DNA from: Prorocentrum cordatum
Taxonomy: Eukaryota
Assembly (NCBI GenBank): GCA_963575745.1
Contig: CAUYUJ010000284.1
Span: 1 to 64,000 of the forward strand
Length of the DNA stretch: 64,000 nucleotides
Reading direction: 5' to 3'
The notes under the pieces were generated by a model. That model did no database searches. It had not been told where the DNA came from and saw only the letters and a list, made by a program, of their open reading frames with translations. Shown here piece by piece: positions 11,581-25,129 of this stretch. The stretch's first letter is position 1, and each line of letters opens with the position of its first letter. Position numbers and translations under genes: made by a program.

Positions 11581-11611
<31 letters not shown>

Positions 11612-11700
11612 ATCATCAGCAGCATCATCATCATCATCAGCATCATCATCATCAGCAGCATCTCGTCGTCGTCGTCGTCGTCATCGTCGTCATCGTTCTC
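11510..11700. repeat. (CAT)n/(CAG)n/(CGT)n microsatellite
   Basis: Direct reading. Confidence 0.95.
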
Positions 11701-13940
11701 GTGGTCGTCGTGGCATGAATGTTTGTTCTGGCCCCCGCGGCGCTGCCACGTGACGACTAGAACGGAATACGACTTCTTCGCGCCTACCGGCGCTGCCACG
11801 CGGCGAGTGGCGCGGCATAACATTCGTTCCGGCCCCCATCGAAGCTGCCATGCGACAATGGATGGGGTGCTGTTTCCTCGCGCATCGAGGCGCTGCCACG
11901 TGGCAAGTGGAGTGGGTGAGAATTCGTTTCGGCCCTCTGCGGCGTTGCCACGTGACGAACACAGTGGAATAGTCCCTGTTCCGCCCCCCCCCCCACCAGG
12001 CGGTGCCACGCGGCGAATAGACTGGAGTTGCATGTTTCTCAGCCCCCGCGACGAGTAGAGTGAAATCCGCCGATCTGGCGTTCGAGTTTCAAAGAGCCCA
12101 AGCTACAGCCTACAGCCTGAGCTTCAGCTGAGCTTCATTCGTTTCGGCCTTCCGACGGCCCCAGGTCGCCCCAGAGGCCCCCAAGATGGTCATATGACGG
12201 CCCAAGAGGCTCCTAAGACAGACCCAAGAGGGTCCCAAGACGGCCCCAGAAGCCCCCAAGACGACCAAGATAGACTCCAAGACGGCCCTGAAGCGCACCC
12301 AGAGTGCTCCCAGACGGTACAGCGAGGCGTCCAAGACGGCTTCCGACGGCGTCCGACGGGCCAGGAACGTCCTAAGACAGCCCAAAGGACCCCTTCAAGA
12401 GGCCTCCTCCTACGACGGCTCCAAAGAGGGCCCCAAGATGGCCCCATAGGCCTCCAAGCGAACCGGAACACCATCGGGAGCGCCACGGATCGGCTGCAGT
12501 GGCCAGAGGCCACTACAATCGTGCCAAGGCGTTGCCACGTGGCGAGTGGAGCGGAAAGTATTTGTGTTCGGCCCCGCGGCGCTGCCACATGACGAGGCTC
12601 ACGTTGCGTTGCGAAGTATTGCACAGCAGTAAACTGCAGTGCATTGCTGTGCACTGCAGTGCTTTGCTTTGCATTGTACATTGAATTACGTTGCGTTGTG
12701 TTGCATCATGTTGAGCTGCATTACATTGCATTATGTTGCATTGCATTGCGTTGCATTTGCATTGCATTGCATTGCGTTGAATTCGATTGCGTTGCATCCT
12801 GCCGCGTTGCATTGCAGTTGCAATATATTATATTGAAGTAGATTTGGGGCAAGGGGGAGAAGGAAGAGGACTGGGAGGGAGCAGAAGGGAGGACAGAAAA
12901 GAGGGGCGGAAGGAGGAAAGGTGAGGAGGAGGAAGTGGGAAGAAGGGAGGGGGAAAGAAGAAATAAACGGCCAACCACCCGGGCCACCCAACTAACCAAC
13001 CAACCGACCTAACCACCAGCCAACCTAATTACCGGCCAACCTGAACCAACCGCCCAAGCAACCAACCAGCCAGCCCACCAACAAACCAATCAACACGCCC
13101 CTTCGCCACGTTAAAAAGATCCAGAAACTAGAAAGCCAACCAGCCAGACAACCAGCCAACCAACCAACCAACCAACCAACCGCCAAAGAAATCAACAACA
13201 AATCCACAAACCAACCCACCAACCGCCAGCCGCAACCAACCAACCAACCACCCTTGGACAAATTTGATCCAGAACCCGGCGAGTCAACCAGCCAACCAAA
13301 CTACGAACCGACCAGTCCTTAAAAAAAGATTGTTGGAGGACATCTCACACGGCGGGTTCCAGAAAGAAATTGTTTGACCTGGAAAGCATTCATCTGACAT
13401 TAAGGGAACATTGTTTTTACTCAGCAATCGGCGAACCGATCAGACAACCAACCCACCAACCAACCAACCAACCAACCAATCCTTCAATGGAAAGATGTCC
13501 CACACAGCGGGTCTCGAAAAGAATTTCTGGACCTGGGGAACATTGCTGACCTGGAAATCGAAAAATGCCCCTGACATTAAAACATAAGCCTTCTCCCAGA
13601 AGGGGCGGGTCTGGTCAGGAGGCTCGGAAGGCTCCAGACCTTCTGAAAAATTGTCTGAGCCTTCCCCGAAGACGGAAGAGAACTTCTCAGGAGGCACCAG
13701 GGCTTCCGAGAAGTCCCACCACCATCTTAGAAGGCCTTCTTCCTTTTACTTCCCCCCCTCGCTCGCCGCCGAATCTAAAACGAAGCCGGGACGAAAAGAA
13801 AAATCGGGGGAGGATAGATCGAGCATCTGAGAGCCGGCGGCTCTGGAGGACGTCGCGGGCGCCAAGGCCTTCTAGAGCGTTCTGAAACGCTCTGAGAGCG
13901 GTCTGGGGCGCTCTGAAACGGAGTTGTCCTTGTCCTAGCC

Positions 13941-14098
13941 TTACGTCGGGCCCGTCCCTCTACAGGAGGAATAATCAAAAACAGTCAAAAAATAGGCTGG
14001 GGAGCTTTTGTTAGCATGTTGAGCCACTTTGGGGCATTGTTTGACTTTTTTCAATTTTTCGCCCAAAATCCCCCTGTGGGGGGACAGGCCCGACGTAA
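13941..14098. mobile_element. hAT-like MITE, 8-bp TSD
   Basis: TIR TTACGTCGGGCCCGTCCCTCTACAGG / CCTGTGGGGGGACAGGCCCGACGTAA; TSD TCCTAGCC / TCCTTGCC (1 mismatch). Confidence 0.8.
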
Positions 14099-14663
14099 TC
14101 CTTGCCCCGCCCGGAACACGTCCGTATCCCCGCGCCCTCGCGGTCTGGAGTCTGAGGCGCGGACCCGCAGATGCGCGGTCGCACGGGCACGTTCCCCGAG
14201 CATTTTCCTTTGGGCGGAGGGCAGAGGGTGAAATCTGAAATGCCGACTCGATGGGTCCTGGAGGCCTGAATCTGCAGAAGGCGCATCACAGGACGGATTG
14301 ATCTTCGAGGCGCAGAAGCCCCTATGGACCTCACCCCGAGCCCTCCGCCCAGAGAAAATGCTCGGGTTCCTCCTCGGGGGGGCGCCCGCGAGATTTAGTC
14401 CCCGCGTCCGCGGGGCCGCGGCCCGGGGGCCCGGCCCGCGAGGCCGCGGACACGGACGGGTGTTCCGCCCACGACCTGCGGCGCCATGGCGAGGGACCGT
14501 TCGCGCCGGCGCCGCCGGCCCGGAGCCGCACACGGCAGCGCCTCGCAGCGTCGTGGCGAGCGCCCGCGAGCGAACAGGCGAGAGGCTGCTGGCAGCGCCG
14601 CACGCTGGCCTGGGTGACTGGAGGCGACGGTGGAGGCAAATCGCCCAGGGGGGAGCAATACAC

Positions 14664-14821
14664 TCAGGTCGGGCTTGTCCCCATACAGGCGGACTTTGCA
14701 AGAGAAACTAAAGATAGTCAAACAATGAGCAAACTTAATCAAAAAATCGAGAAATCGTCCCCTGACTATTCCTTTGACTATCTTTGAATACTCCCCCTGT
14801 AGAGGGACATGCCCGACTTAA
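14664..14821. mobile_element. hAT-like MITE, 8-bp TSD
   Basis: Same TIR family; perfect TSD CAATACAC (14656-14663, 14822-14829). Confidence 0.85.
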
Positions 14822-15371
14822 CAATACACGTATCCAGGGGCGCCGATGATCCATGTCTTCGGCGAGCGACAGCAAAGACGACGCCCGAGGGGGGGCGACG
14901 AAGCGAGAGGCAGGAGCGGAGGGGGGAGGAGGAGGAGGAGGAGGAGGAGGAGGAGGAGGAGAGGAGGAGGAGGAGGAGGAGGAGGAGGAGGAGGAGGAGG
15001 AGGAGGAGAGGAGGAGGAGGAGAGGAGGAGAGGAGGAGGAGAGGGGGAGGAGGAGGAGAGGAGGAGGAGGGAGGAGGAGGGAGGAGGAGGAGGAGGAGGA
15101 GGAGGAGGAGGAGGAGGAGGAGGAGGGCCAGCAGAGGCAGAGGGCCAACAGGAGCGACCTGCGCAGGTCGAGGTGCGGCCGGCCCCCGTGGCCTTCGCCC
15201 CAGGGCTGCGCCGGAGTCTCGGCTCCCGGGCCCAGCCTCGGCGGGGACGAGAAGGGCGAATCGACAAACATTGTCAAAATCGAAAAATCGTCCCCTGACT
15301 ATTGTTTGCCAAGTTTTGGGCATTCCTCCTGTAGAGGGATATGCCCGACTGAATGCTGGTGACTCTGGCGC

Positions 15372-15391
15372 CGACGACGACGACGACGACG

Positions 15392-15426
<35 letters not shown>

Positions 15427-15454
15427 GACCACGACGACCACGACGACGACGACC

Positions 15455-15497
<43 letters not shown>

Positions 15498-15833
15498 CGA
15501 CGGGCCAAAACAGCTGTTGAGAATCGGTCCCTGGGACGCCTCCCGAGTTCAACTCCGTCCAGACTGTCGAGAGCGGCGCACAGCCGTGGCAGCGGAAAGC
15601 GCTGAGAGCACGACGACCTCCCCGCCAGGCGACCGACGACGACGACGACCACGACAACGACGACGACCGCGACCACGACGACGACGACCACGACGACAAC
15701 GACCACGACGACCACGACGACGACGACGATGACGACCATGACCACGACGACGACGAAAACGACCACGACGACGACGACGATGACCACAACCACGACAACG
15801 ACCACGACCACGACGACGACGACGACGACGACG

Positions 15834-15869
<36 letters not shown>

Positions 15870-15916
15870 GCGACCACGACGACGACCACGATGACGACCA
15901 CGACGACCACGACGAA

Positions 15917-15952
<36 letters not shown>

Positions 15953-15953
15953 C

Positions 15954-15988
<35 letters not shown>

Positions 15989-16052
15989 AACGACGACGAC
16001 AACGACCACGACAACGACGACGACCGCGACCACGACGACGACGACGACGACC

Positions 16053-16090
<38 letters not shown>

Positions 16091-16220
16091 CACGACCACG
16101 ACGACGACCACCACCACGACGACGACCACGATGACGACGACGACGACGACGACGACGACCACGACCACGGCCACGACGACGACGACGACGACCACGACAA
16201 CGACCACGACGACGACGACG

Positions 16221-16287
<67 letters not shown>

Positions 16288-16288
16288 A

Positions 16289-16329
<41 letters not shown>

Positions 16330-16330
16330 C
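15372..16330. repeat. (GAC)n/(CAC) compound microsatellite
   Basis: Direct reading; explains the poly-T, poly-V, poly-S and poly-D ORFs. Confidence 0.95.
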
Positions 16331-16399
16331 AGGAGTCATTGTATGAATACCTTTGTCATTGCTCGCTCTGGGAGCGTCGTGGAGGCCTCTCGGGGCCAT

Positions 16400-16760
16400 C
16401 GTGGGACCTTCGGTAGAGCTCCCTATGGGGCACCGAACCTTTTGAGCGGTGCGTCAAAATTGGGCGGGGCCGCCATGCGAACCCTGCCACTGGGGCCTTC
16501 GGTGGAGCTCCCTATGGGACCACGAACCGTGTCAAGGGTGCGCCAAAACGCGGGGCCGCCATGCAAACCCTGCCACTGGGGCCTTCGGTGGAGCTCACTA
16601 TGGGGCCACGAAGCGCTGTACTGGGTGGGTGGGTGAAACGCAAGGAGGAAGGAGCAGGGGGAGGAGGGAGGAGGAGGAGGAGGGAGGAAGGAAGGAGGGA
16701 GGAACGCGGGAACCGTCTCTTCAAAACGAGGACCCAACACCACAGGATGGTTGGGAAAAA
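16400..16760 (+). repeat. Short copy of the 90-bp-array element with its conserved tail
   Basis: About 2.5 units of the 90-bp repeat (reverse complement of 53941-54690), then a purine tract and TTCAAAACGAGGACCCAACACCACAGGATGGTTGGGAA; the tail recurs at ~44060-44100 and reversed at ~53828-53866. Confidence 0.75.
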
Positions 16761-17549
16761 CATTGTGCTCCCAAAGGTAGTGAGCGTTTTCTTATTCGAC
16801 GTTTCGTCGTTGGGCGGAAGGGGAGGGGGGGTCTGGCTCCGGACCTTTGCTTAATGCGACTGTTTGCAAACCGCGCGTCCCACGGGGGAGCGACTCCACC
16901 TGCCTGAAACAGGCGCCACGCCGATCGGAAAAACAGTATTTAAGAAAACGGTCACTAGAGGCCTCCATCAGGCCCCAAGACATCCCCAAGATGCTCTCCA
17001 GAAGGCCCTCGAAAGCCAATAACGTTGCGTTCCCTACAGTAGGAGCAGGAACCACAAGAAACCTTCCACAAGAAACCCAACCCTGAGACCCAGGACGCGC
17101 ATTGATGTTTGGTGTGGGAACGTCACGCCTTCCACAGCAAAACCATCGAAACTCAAGAAACCCAGAGCACCCTCCCCGGCCGAAGATCGGTCTGGTCTGC
17201 TTGCGGACCGAGGGCCCAGGCCCGCTGAGAGCCCTGTACGAAGGCCCCTCCGTCGGCCCAAAGACGGCCCCAAGAGGGCCCCAAGCTGGCCCCAGAGGGT
17301 TCCCGAAAGGACCCAGCACGACCTAAGAGGGCCCCAGAGAAGGCCCCAAGACGACCACACGACGGCCCCAAGACACACACGCACACACACACACACACAC
17401 ACACCAGACGGCCGAAGAGAGTGCCAAAAGACAGCCCAACCAGGCCTCGAGACGACCCAAGAGGACCCCAAGACGGTCCAAGAGAGCCCCAAGGACCCAA
17501 AGATAACCCCTCACGAGCTCAGACAGCCCCCATGGGACGCACAGGGACA

Positions 17550-17718
17550 TACTAGCACGATGGGTCCTTCTTGGAGGCGTGCGACCGACCCGAAAATTAT
17601 GGTATACAAGTCTGATGATATATCGTTTCCCGAATGGTACGATCAGAAAACGCCCGCCACGACGCCGCCACGTGCGCGCGTCGCCCCTTAGGGGGGCGAC
17701 GCACGCATAGTACTAGTA
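17550..17718 (+). mobile_element. Short element with a Helitron-like 3' end
   Basis: Hairpin GCGTCGCCCC..GGGGCGACGC followed ~10 nt later by CTAG|T (17713-17717); the left end ATACTAGCACGATG is an imperfect inverse of the right end CATAGTACTAGTAT. Confidence 0.5.
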
Positions 17719-20108
17719 TGCTGAAATGGCTCCGACCCACGCAAATAGTTCGCCTGAACGATCCTCGATCAGTGGAGACAAGAGAATGCATGTGTAACGG
17801 CCCCTCTGGGCGGTGCTCGAAGGGGCGCCACACAGAGAGCTTCGCTGGCACGGCGGCGGAGTTGCCGAAGGCACCTGGATAACTACTGGAAAGATGGTCT
17901 GAACGACTTCGATGTCCTCACTTGTTAGTATTTCCCATAACCCAGAGGACCCAAGGCCACCCATACCGCCCGAAGACGGACACGAATGGCCCGACAGGGC
18001 CGCAAGAGAAGCCCGAGATCGCCCAAGAGAGGGCCTAAAGCTTGCCAGAAATGGCACCAACAGGGCTACAAGATGGTTCCAAGACGGAAATTGGCCGCCC
18101 CGAGGGGGGCGCGATGTGCCCCTGGAAGGTCCAAGAGGGGGGGCCACCAAGATGGCGCATGACCCTAATAGAGGGCCTCGAAAGGGTCTGGACGAGGCCA
18201 CGAAGAAAGGAAAAGCACAGCCAAAAACTAACAACAAAATGCCCCCCCCCCTTCCCCCCCCAACCAAACGCTCCTGCATGACTGCGGCACCCTCGCCCGC
18301 ACAGTTTCCCACGCGCCCACGCCGTCTCCCAACATCGCCCGAAGACAACGACGGCCAAGAAGAGCACTTCGAGAGCCCTGAAAGGAGCCAAATACGATCT
18401 AAGACCGCCCATGTGCCATCTGGTGGTCCCTCAGGGCCGTCCTGGCGTCATCTTGCAGTGTCTTAGGTCATCCCGGGCCGTCTAGGCAGCCCGTGGTGGT
18501 CGTCCCCCTGCACAGTCCTGGAAGCCTCCCGAGGCTGAAGTAGCCCCCCGAAGCCACCACCAAGGGCCCCGGACCCACGGGGCTAAAGGAGGTTGCGCGG
18601 GCGGGGGTTTTGAAGGGTGGGCGGCCCACGGGGTTTGGAGACCCAGTCGACACTTACAGAGAAGCCTGAAACAGTGGACGTCAGAAATTCAATGAAAGTG
18701 GAAGCGGCCAGGGCTGGACAAGCTGGCGGGGGCTGGAACAAACTCGAAACAATTAGGACTTGGTCGCCAGGGCTGGAAAAACGAACGGAAACCGACCAGG
18801 GCTGGAAACAGTGAAAGGGCTGGCCACGGCCACTTTTTCCAGCTTCCCTGTACACAATGTACACGCGTAGGCCCCAGCACCCGGCGCCCTCAACACAAAA
18901 AAGCAGCAACCGACCCCATACTTCCGCGGCACCTCTCCACGGCCAGATCTCGGTCCCCGAGACCACCGGAAGCAGAGAGCGAGAGAGAGAGGAACAACAG
19001 CATGAGCACATACTCTCGGAGCCCCGCGCGAAGCTCCGAAACCCCTAGGCTTACGGTTGTGGATGCCTTGACAATGGACACTCTAACCCGATCATTGAAT
19101 GAAAGATGTGTTCAACATGTATAAACATGTTGTATAAATGTTTCAACCATGCTTTTAATATTTCTATATGCATATACATATATATATATACACATGTAAC
19201 ATGTTTTAGACATCTGGCAATTGTATGGCAGAATGCTTCCTCTCCCTTAAATCGACTTCCGCAAGCTTACGGCGTACTGCTCTCCCTGGAGGGGCGGGCG
19301 GGGCCGCCCATCGCAACGTTTTGCAGCGCCCTCCAGCTCCGAGGGGCCCGTGCTGGAACTGCAGGCCTGCCCCCGCGCTGCTGCGGCAGCTGCGGAGGCA
19401 CTGGTCGGGCTCGGCACGTTCGGCCGCAGGGCCGCCCGGGCTGACGCGACAGACTGAGGCCGCCCGAATGTTGAGCAGGGACCGACCGTCCCGGCATTCC
19501 TATAGTCCTACCACGAAATCTTCTTAGAACCTCAAAATGTTCGAATAACAAAAACAATGTTCTTAGAACATAACCCGATGTGATAAAACAAGACAGACTC
19601 CGCCAGAACTGTTCTGAAAACATTTCGTGGAAACCACAAAAGGTTCTTAGAACATTGCTTGGTAGGGCTAAAGGCGAGCCAGGACGCTTCGCCACTGCTT
19701 GAAAATGGGGTCGAAGCAGATGGAATCCGTGGATTGAACCGCATCGCCACTGCGTCGGTGACGTCGGCGATGCATCGGCGACGCCGGCGTGGAGAAAACC
19801 GGGCCCCCTGTCAAGCCGCATCGCCGACGCACCCGTCGGCGATGCGAGGCGCGACCCACCGGACCCATTTGCTGGGCGGCCTATGTAGATTACCGGCTGC
19901 CTGCTTGAAGCAGACATGCAAAATACGGCTCGCCTCCACCCGGCACTGCCCCAACGCGTGAGAAGGAAAAACGCGCACGTGCGGGTCCAGCGGCCGGGCC
20001 AGCGAGACGCCGACAACCGGCAGCTTTACGACAGGAGCACCCTCCCACGACCAGCCACGGCCAGACCAACCCTCGGCTCTGGAGAGGCGATGACGCCCCC
20101 TCCTGGCC

Positions 20109-20254
20109 TTAGGTCGGGCATGCCTCCCATAGGCACATGTTGGAGGAAAAAAGAAAAAGTCGTAAACGAAACCGAAAAATAATCGAACAATCGTTTCCAT
20201 ATAATTGTTTCACTCTTTTGAGTTTTCTCCTGTAAAGGCACATGCCCGACTTAA
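20109..20254. mobile_element. hAT-like MITE, 8-bp TSD
   Basis: TTAGGTCGGGCATG..CATGCCCGACTTAA; perfect TSD TCCTGGCC. Confidence 0.85.
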
Positions 20255-20414
20255 TCCTGGCCTGCAGACACCAGGAACCAGGCGATCTACATGTCATCTG
20301 TGTCACTGCTCACGCCCAGACCCTACGAAGGGCTAACGCGGCCGCACGGGGAAAACCATGGCATCGGAGCCATCTTTTGTTGTCCATACCCTGTTACCCC
20401 TGGCGCCCAAAGTG

Positions 20415-20540
20415 TTAAGTCGGGCATGTCCCTCTACGGGGGGAATACTCAACAATCAAAAAATAGTCTGGGGACGATTTTCACAATGTTTGACAATTTG
20501 GGGGTCTTCTGGCTACTGTAGGAGGACACGCCCGACCTAA
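20415..20540. mobile_element. hAT-like MITE, 8-bp TSD
   Basis: TTAAGTCGGGCATGTCC..GGACACGCCCGACCTAA; TSD CCAAAGTG / CCATAGTG (1 mismatch). Confidence 0.8.
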
Positions 20541-21047
20541 CCATAGTGGGGGGAAGCAGCAGGGGTATGGATCGAGCGTCGATCGTCGAGAAATGCACAC
20601 GCGCACCAGCCCTGGAGCACCAATACGTGTGTTGCGGATCTCTCTCGACCGCTTCCCCAGGACCGGAATCTCGCCTCGAGAAGCTTCCTGGCACGAGCCT
20701 CCCCAGGCTGACCGTGACGGAGAACACGGGCACTGACAATTGACTTGTTTCGAGCGATCCCCACCCGAAATGGGGGGGCCCAAAGACATACACCGCTACC
20801 ACCACCTCCCTCACTCCCTCCCTCTCCCAGGAAAGAGGAGAGGAGGAGGAGGGCAGAGGAGAGAGGAGGAATCGACGAGGTGGTGGTGTATATTCGTTGG
20901 GTCCCCACCGAAAACACGAGGCGGAATCCCCGCGGAGCGGCGGTACGCTCGGAGTCCGGCGGCCCCTGCACGCAGCCGCCACCCACTGGAGACGCGAGGC
21001 GGAACCCCAGGGGACACCAGCACGCTTTGGGCCAGGCGGCCGCGGTA

Positions 21048-21220
21048 CAGTCAACCCATACAGTAAGGATGCGCGATAAGGATGCAAGGGCCCTGGACGC
21101 CCATCTCGAAGCTTTTCGAGCGGGGCGCGGCCAGCGAAAGCGGCGAAGGATGGACCGAGGAGGCAAGGATGCAAGGGTACCCTTGGGAAGGTTGCCCATC
21201 CTTACTATGTGGGTTGACCA
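21048..21220. mobile_element. TA-flanked MITE (AAGGATG family, Tc1/pogo-like)
   Basis: TA|CAGTCAACCCATACAGTAAGGATG ... CATCCTTACTATGTGGGTTGACCA|TA. Homologs at 60036-60231 and 61312-61479. Confidence 0.8.
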
Positions 21221-21276
21221 TATGCAGGGCGTGCGAGGAGGCGTGTGAAATGAGAAGAAGAAAAGAAGCTACAAAC

Positions 21277-21425
21277 ATAAACGTTTGGCGCTCCGAGCGG
21301 ACTTCCTGGATCTGCGCTGGACCCCTCTCCCCGGCGCGCGGAGCGCGCTGGGGGCGGCGCCAGAGGCGCTGCTGGGGGGCCCAGGTGCGGATCCAAGAAC
21401 CCGTGCGGAGCGCCAAAAGTTGATG
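21277..21425. repeat. T-shaped palindromic repeat, second copy
   Basis: Long imperfect stem with ears GGCGCGC-GGA-GCGCGCT and GGCGGCGCC-AGA-GGCGCTGCT. Confidence 0.75.
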
Positions 21426-23159
21426 CTTATGGCTTCTTCGAGTTTTGGGAGCTCTGCTCCTTAAATCTCAAAACCCTACCTATCGAGTGGGACAGAAACA
21501 CAAAACACAACCAACATGGCGTCGGAGGTCCCTGTAGGCCTCTAGCAGTCCTCGGAGGTCACCGTTTATAGTCCCTGGAGGCCTCCCGAGGACACCAATG
21601 GCCTCGGCTGGCCCAAAGAAAAGCTCTGCCAGCCCAAAGAAGGGCCAAAGAGCAATCAAAAACGTCGAGCATCGTCCTCTTCCTCGTCGAGCACCGAAAA
21701 GCACGGTCCTCGTCCTCTTCGTCGTCGAGACCCAAAAACTAAACAACATCGTCGATCCTCATCCTCTTCTTCGTCTCGATGGCCGAGGCCCCTGAGGCTG
21801 GGATGGTCGTGGCCAGGCCTGGCGGCAGTGGCAGCGCGGGTAAAGCTGCCAGTTCGGTACAGCGGAGCAAGCTGAAGGCTACATAATGCCTCTAGAGCTG
21901 GCCCTTAGAAAACGCGGGCGCGCGGATAAGCATGACCATTCGCTGGTGGGAAAAGTGGTAGGTGTACCAGAACAATCAGATGGTGGGGCTTCCCAACAGA
22001 CGGACTTCCAAGGAGGGGAGAACCCATGAGACCTGCAGGATGCCTCCGCCTTGTCCTCCTGCTCATGCTCCTGCTCACCCTCCACCACCTCCTCCACCAC
22101 CAACTCCCCCTCCGCCTCCTCATCCTCCTTCTCCTCCTCCTCCTTCCCCTCCTCCTTCTCCTCCTCCTCCTCCTGCTCCTCCTCCTCCTCCTCCTCCTCC
22201 GCCTCCTCCTCCTCCTCCTTTGTACGCAGCTCCTCGTTTCCGATTGCAACAATGGGGCGTGTTTTGGACTTCCAGGTCGGCGATGTCACGCGCGCGTGGA
22301 TACGGAAAAATCAACGCAATGGGAACGGATGGGAGGAGGGGTAGGATGTGAGATATGGTGCGAGCGCGCCTAGCTTGACGCTCCTCCTCTCTTCCCTATC
22401 CTCACTATCCACCACAAGCACTTTCCCATCATCCCCTCCCCCACCAAGCAGTCACCCCTCCCTCCCAAGGGCCGCTCTCTGGGGACTCGGGACCCCGTCA
22501 TAAAGCCTCGCAAAAGTGGCTCGACGGCCACCCAGGGTCTCCCTGGCAGCCCTGCCCGTCGTCGTCGTCGAGGCCGATTTCTGCACATCGACGCCCCAGC
22601 TAAGCACACCAAAGGCGCGCAAGAAAAGCACCCAGGCCTCCGACAACGTCACCGACAAAATGTGGGACCGAAAACTCTGTTGGACCGCGACAAGATGTGG
22701 GACCATTGTTTTGGTGGTGAGGGGAAATGCGTGAGATCGAACTGCTTTTCACACCAGAAAGACGTTGAGACTTAACTTGTCTGTCCGGTGGGCCCCTGGA
22801 AGCTCTCGAACCCAACCACGAGGGACCAGGCTTTCGCCTGGCTCGGTGTCTGATGGCCACAGCGGCCGACTCATGCCTCGAAACGCCGAAGCTACCAAGA
22901 GAACCGGGCGCCGCGCGGCAATTCCTTCACACCGGGCGCTTCGCCAAGTTTCGGGCTCCGTGACCGTCAGAGACCGATCGGGCTCGAAGAATGCCGCAGA
23001 AGGATTGGACTCAGGGCTCTCGTCGCGCGTGTTCACCAGGCCTCCATTTCCTAACAACGTCGGACCTCTGAGTTGGGGGGAAGCTGAAGACATATATACA
23101 CATACAGATATACACTTACATACTTACATATATAGATGTGTTACATATACAGTTATATA

Positions 23160-24544
23160 CTAAAACCATCGCGCGCGTTTCGCGCGCGCGCGCTCAAGTT
23201 CCAGCTAGGCTTGATAGGCTAACTCATATAATATCATGTTGGTCGCTTCTTGCGTCCAGGGACTTCCTTGGAGGCCCTGCGCAAGCCTCGGAATTGCATA
23301 GAAGGGGAAGCGTGGAAACGCAGAAATCATTAATTTCCTGTAGGCGTTCAACGATTTGGGGCCCTCGAAGGCTTCCTGGGTCCTTTTTTGGGAGGTGGGG
23401 GGGGGTCTGAATTGTGGTCTGTTGTGCAAGAGTAGACCGGGGGCCAAACTTGAAAAACAAAAAAAATGTTGGATTTCCATGTTTTTCCAATTCCTCGGCG
23501 CTGTTCGGCGCTGTTTGTTGCTTGTGCCTTGCGGGTTTTGTTAGCCGGGCCCCTCAGGGGTGTGGGATCTTCCAGACCCCCTGCTGGTTCTGGAGGCCTC
23601 CTGGAAACCTGGAGAGCAGGCTGCGCGGGAGCGTCTTGGGCCGTTCTTTACGTTCTGGGAGCTTCTTGGGGTCGTCATGAACTGTCCTTAGGCGTCTTGG
23701 GGGTCTCCCCAAGAAGCCGGGAGGCGCGGTACCGGCCAGATGTCAGGGAATGTGTAGAACCCCCGAGTAGGAGTTCCACTTTGAAAAAAGGGAATCATTG
23801 GAATTCTTTGTTTTTCTTTGATATTTGAGGCTTGGAAGCGGGAAAACGTGAGAAGGCGAAAAACATTGGAAAAAACGTTGGAAATCAGCGATTCTACCCT
23901 CTTTGGGCTCTCTCGGGACGGCTCTCGCAGCTTTCTTGGGCTGTTCTTGGAGCCTCGTCGGGGTCTTTTTGGGGCCTCTCAGGGATGGGGGTTGTGTTGG
24001 GGGCGTCTGGGTGGTCCCGGAGGCCTCTCGGGAGTCTCTGGAAGCCTCCTGCTCCCGCTCTTGGGCCCATCTTGGGCCTGCTCTGAGGTGGTCTGGGGCT
24101 GTCCTGGGCGCCTCTTCGGCAGTCTTGAGCCTTCTTGGCCCGGGGGCCGTCCTGAGGGTCTCTTGGGTGGTCTTGGGGCGGTCTTGGGAGCCTCCTCGGC
24201 GCTCTTGGACCATTGGAAGCTCGAAAACACGAGAAGCCAAGAACACGGAAAACAAAAATTGAAAATCTACGATTTTGACCTCTTCAGGCCGTCCCGGGAC
24301 GCCTCTCGGACCTCTCTTGTGGTCTCTTGGAGGCCACCTGGGAGCCTCGAGAGCCGTCGGAAGGCTGACTTGGCATGCTTGGGAGCGTCTTGGACCGTCC
24401 TTTCGCATTCTGGGGACTCCTGGGAGGCGTCCTGGGACCTCCTGGTGTGCTGTGGAGGCTCCCCGGAAAGGCCGGGGGAGCGGTACCGGGAGCGTCCCCG
24501 AGATGTCACGGGGAGGTGTGGGACCTGGGGCCGGGGGGGCGGCA

Positions 24545-24545
<1 letters not shown>
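23160..24545 (-). mobile_element. ~1.4-kb non-autonomous element between TA-rich microsatellites, hairpin terminus
   Basis: Starts with CTAAAACCATCGCGCGCGTTTCGCGCGCG right after a (CATA/TA) tract; GGGGCCTCTTGG-rich body; AATCTACGATTTTGACCT shared with 55857-57130; ends at (TA)n. Confidence 0.55.
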
Positions 24546-24582
<37 letters not shown>

Positions 24583-24910
24583 GAAATATATACATGTATA
24601 CATCTAATGAGTGGCGAGCACATCTGCATCCGCGCCCTCGCGGTCTCGGTTCCGGGGCGCAATCCCGCGGACACGCGGTCGCAAGGGATACGCTCCGCGC
24701 GGGGCCTCCCCGAGAAAGACCGCCCCGCATCCGCGGGGTGGCGGCACAGAGGCCTGGCCCGCGAGGCCGCGGATGCGGATGTGTGTTCCGCCTAAGGCTG
24801 CCGTCGGAGCTGATTGGAGAGGACACGCGAGAGGGCACAAGACCCCTCCGAGGGCCACCTTGCCATAGGAATGTAGAAGGCATGGGTCGCAGAACGCGGG
24901 GCACGAAGGC

Positions 24911-25105
24911 TCGGGTCGGGCGAAAGGGGGGGATAGCAAAGGGGGGGTTTGAGAATCAGCTCACGTAGCTGATTTCCCCGGCGCCTCCCAGCGCCGGAGG
25001 CGGCTATGTATCGAGGAATGGGCCCCTTGGTGAGGCCAAAACCAGCTGCATGCAGCAAATTTCGTAACCCCCCCTTTCCCAATCCCCCCCTTTCGCCCGA
25101 CCCGA
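24911..25105. mobile_element. 195-bp MITE, 5-bp TSD
   Basis: TIR TCGGGTCGGGCGAAAGGGGGGGAT / ATCCCCCCCTTTCGCCCGACCCGA; TSD AAGGC. Homolog at 41963-42129. Confidence 0.85.
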
Positions 25106-25129
25106 AAGGCACTCTTGATTTGGCAGGGT

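Noticed and set aside
13944..14095. Reading the GTCGGGC MITE family as TA-TSD Tc1/mariner elements
   Set aside because: Extending the TIR to TTA..TAA reveals 8-bp TSDs in five copies, which is the better explanation.
17871..17923. Possible ion-channel micro-exon (HLDNYWKDGLNDFDVLT resembling YFxDxWNxFD)
   Set aside because: Only 17 residues, lacks the conserved W, and no other channel exons were found; cannot be supported without RNA data.
19365..19430. CGSCGGTG DnaJ-type zinc motif
   Set aside because: A single motif in GC-rich sequence with all frames open; likely chance.
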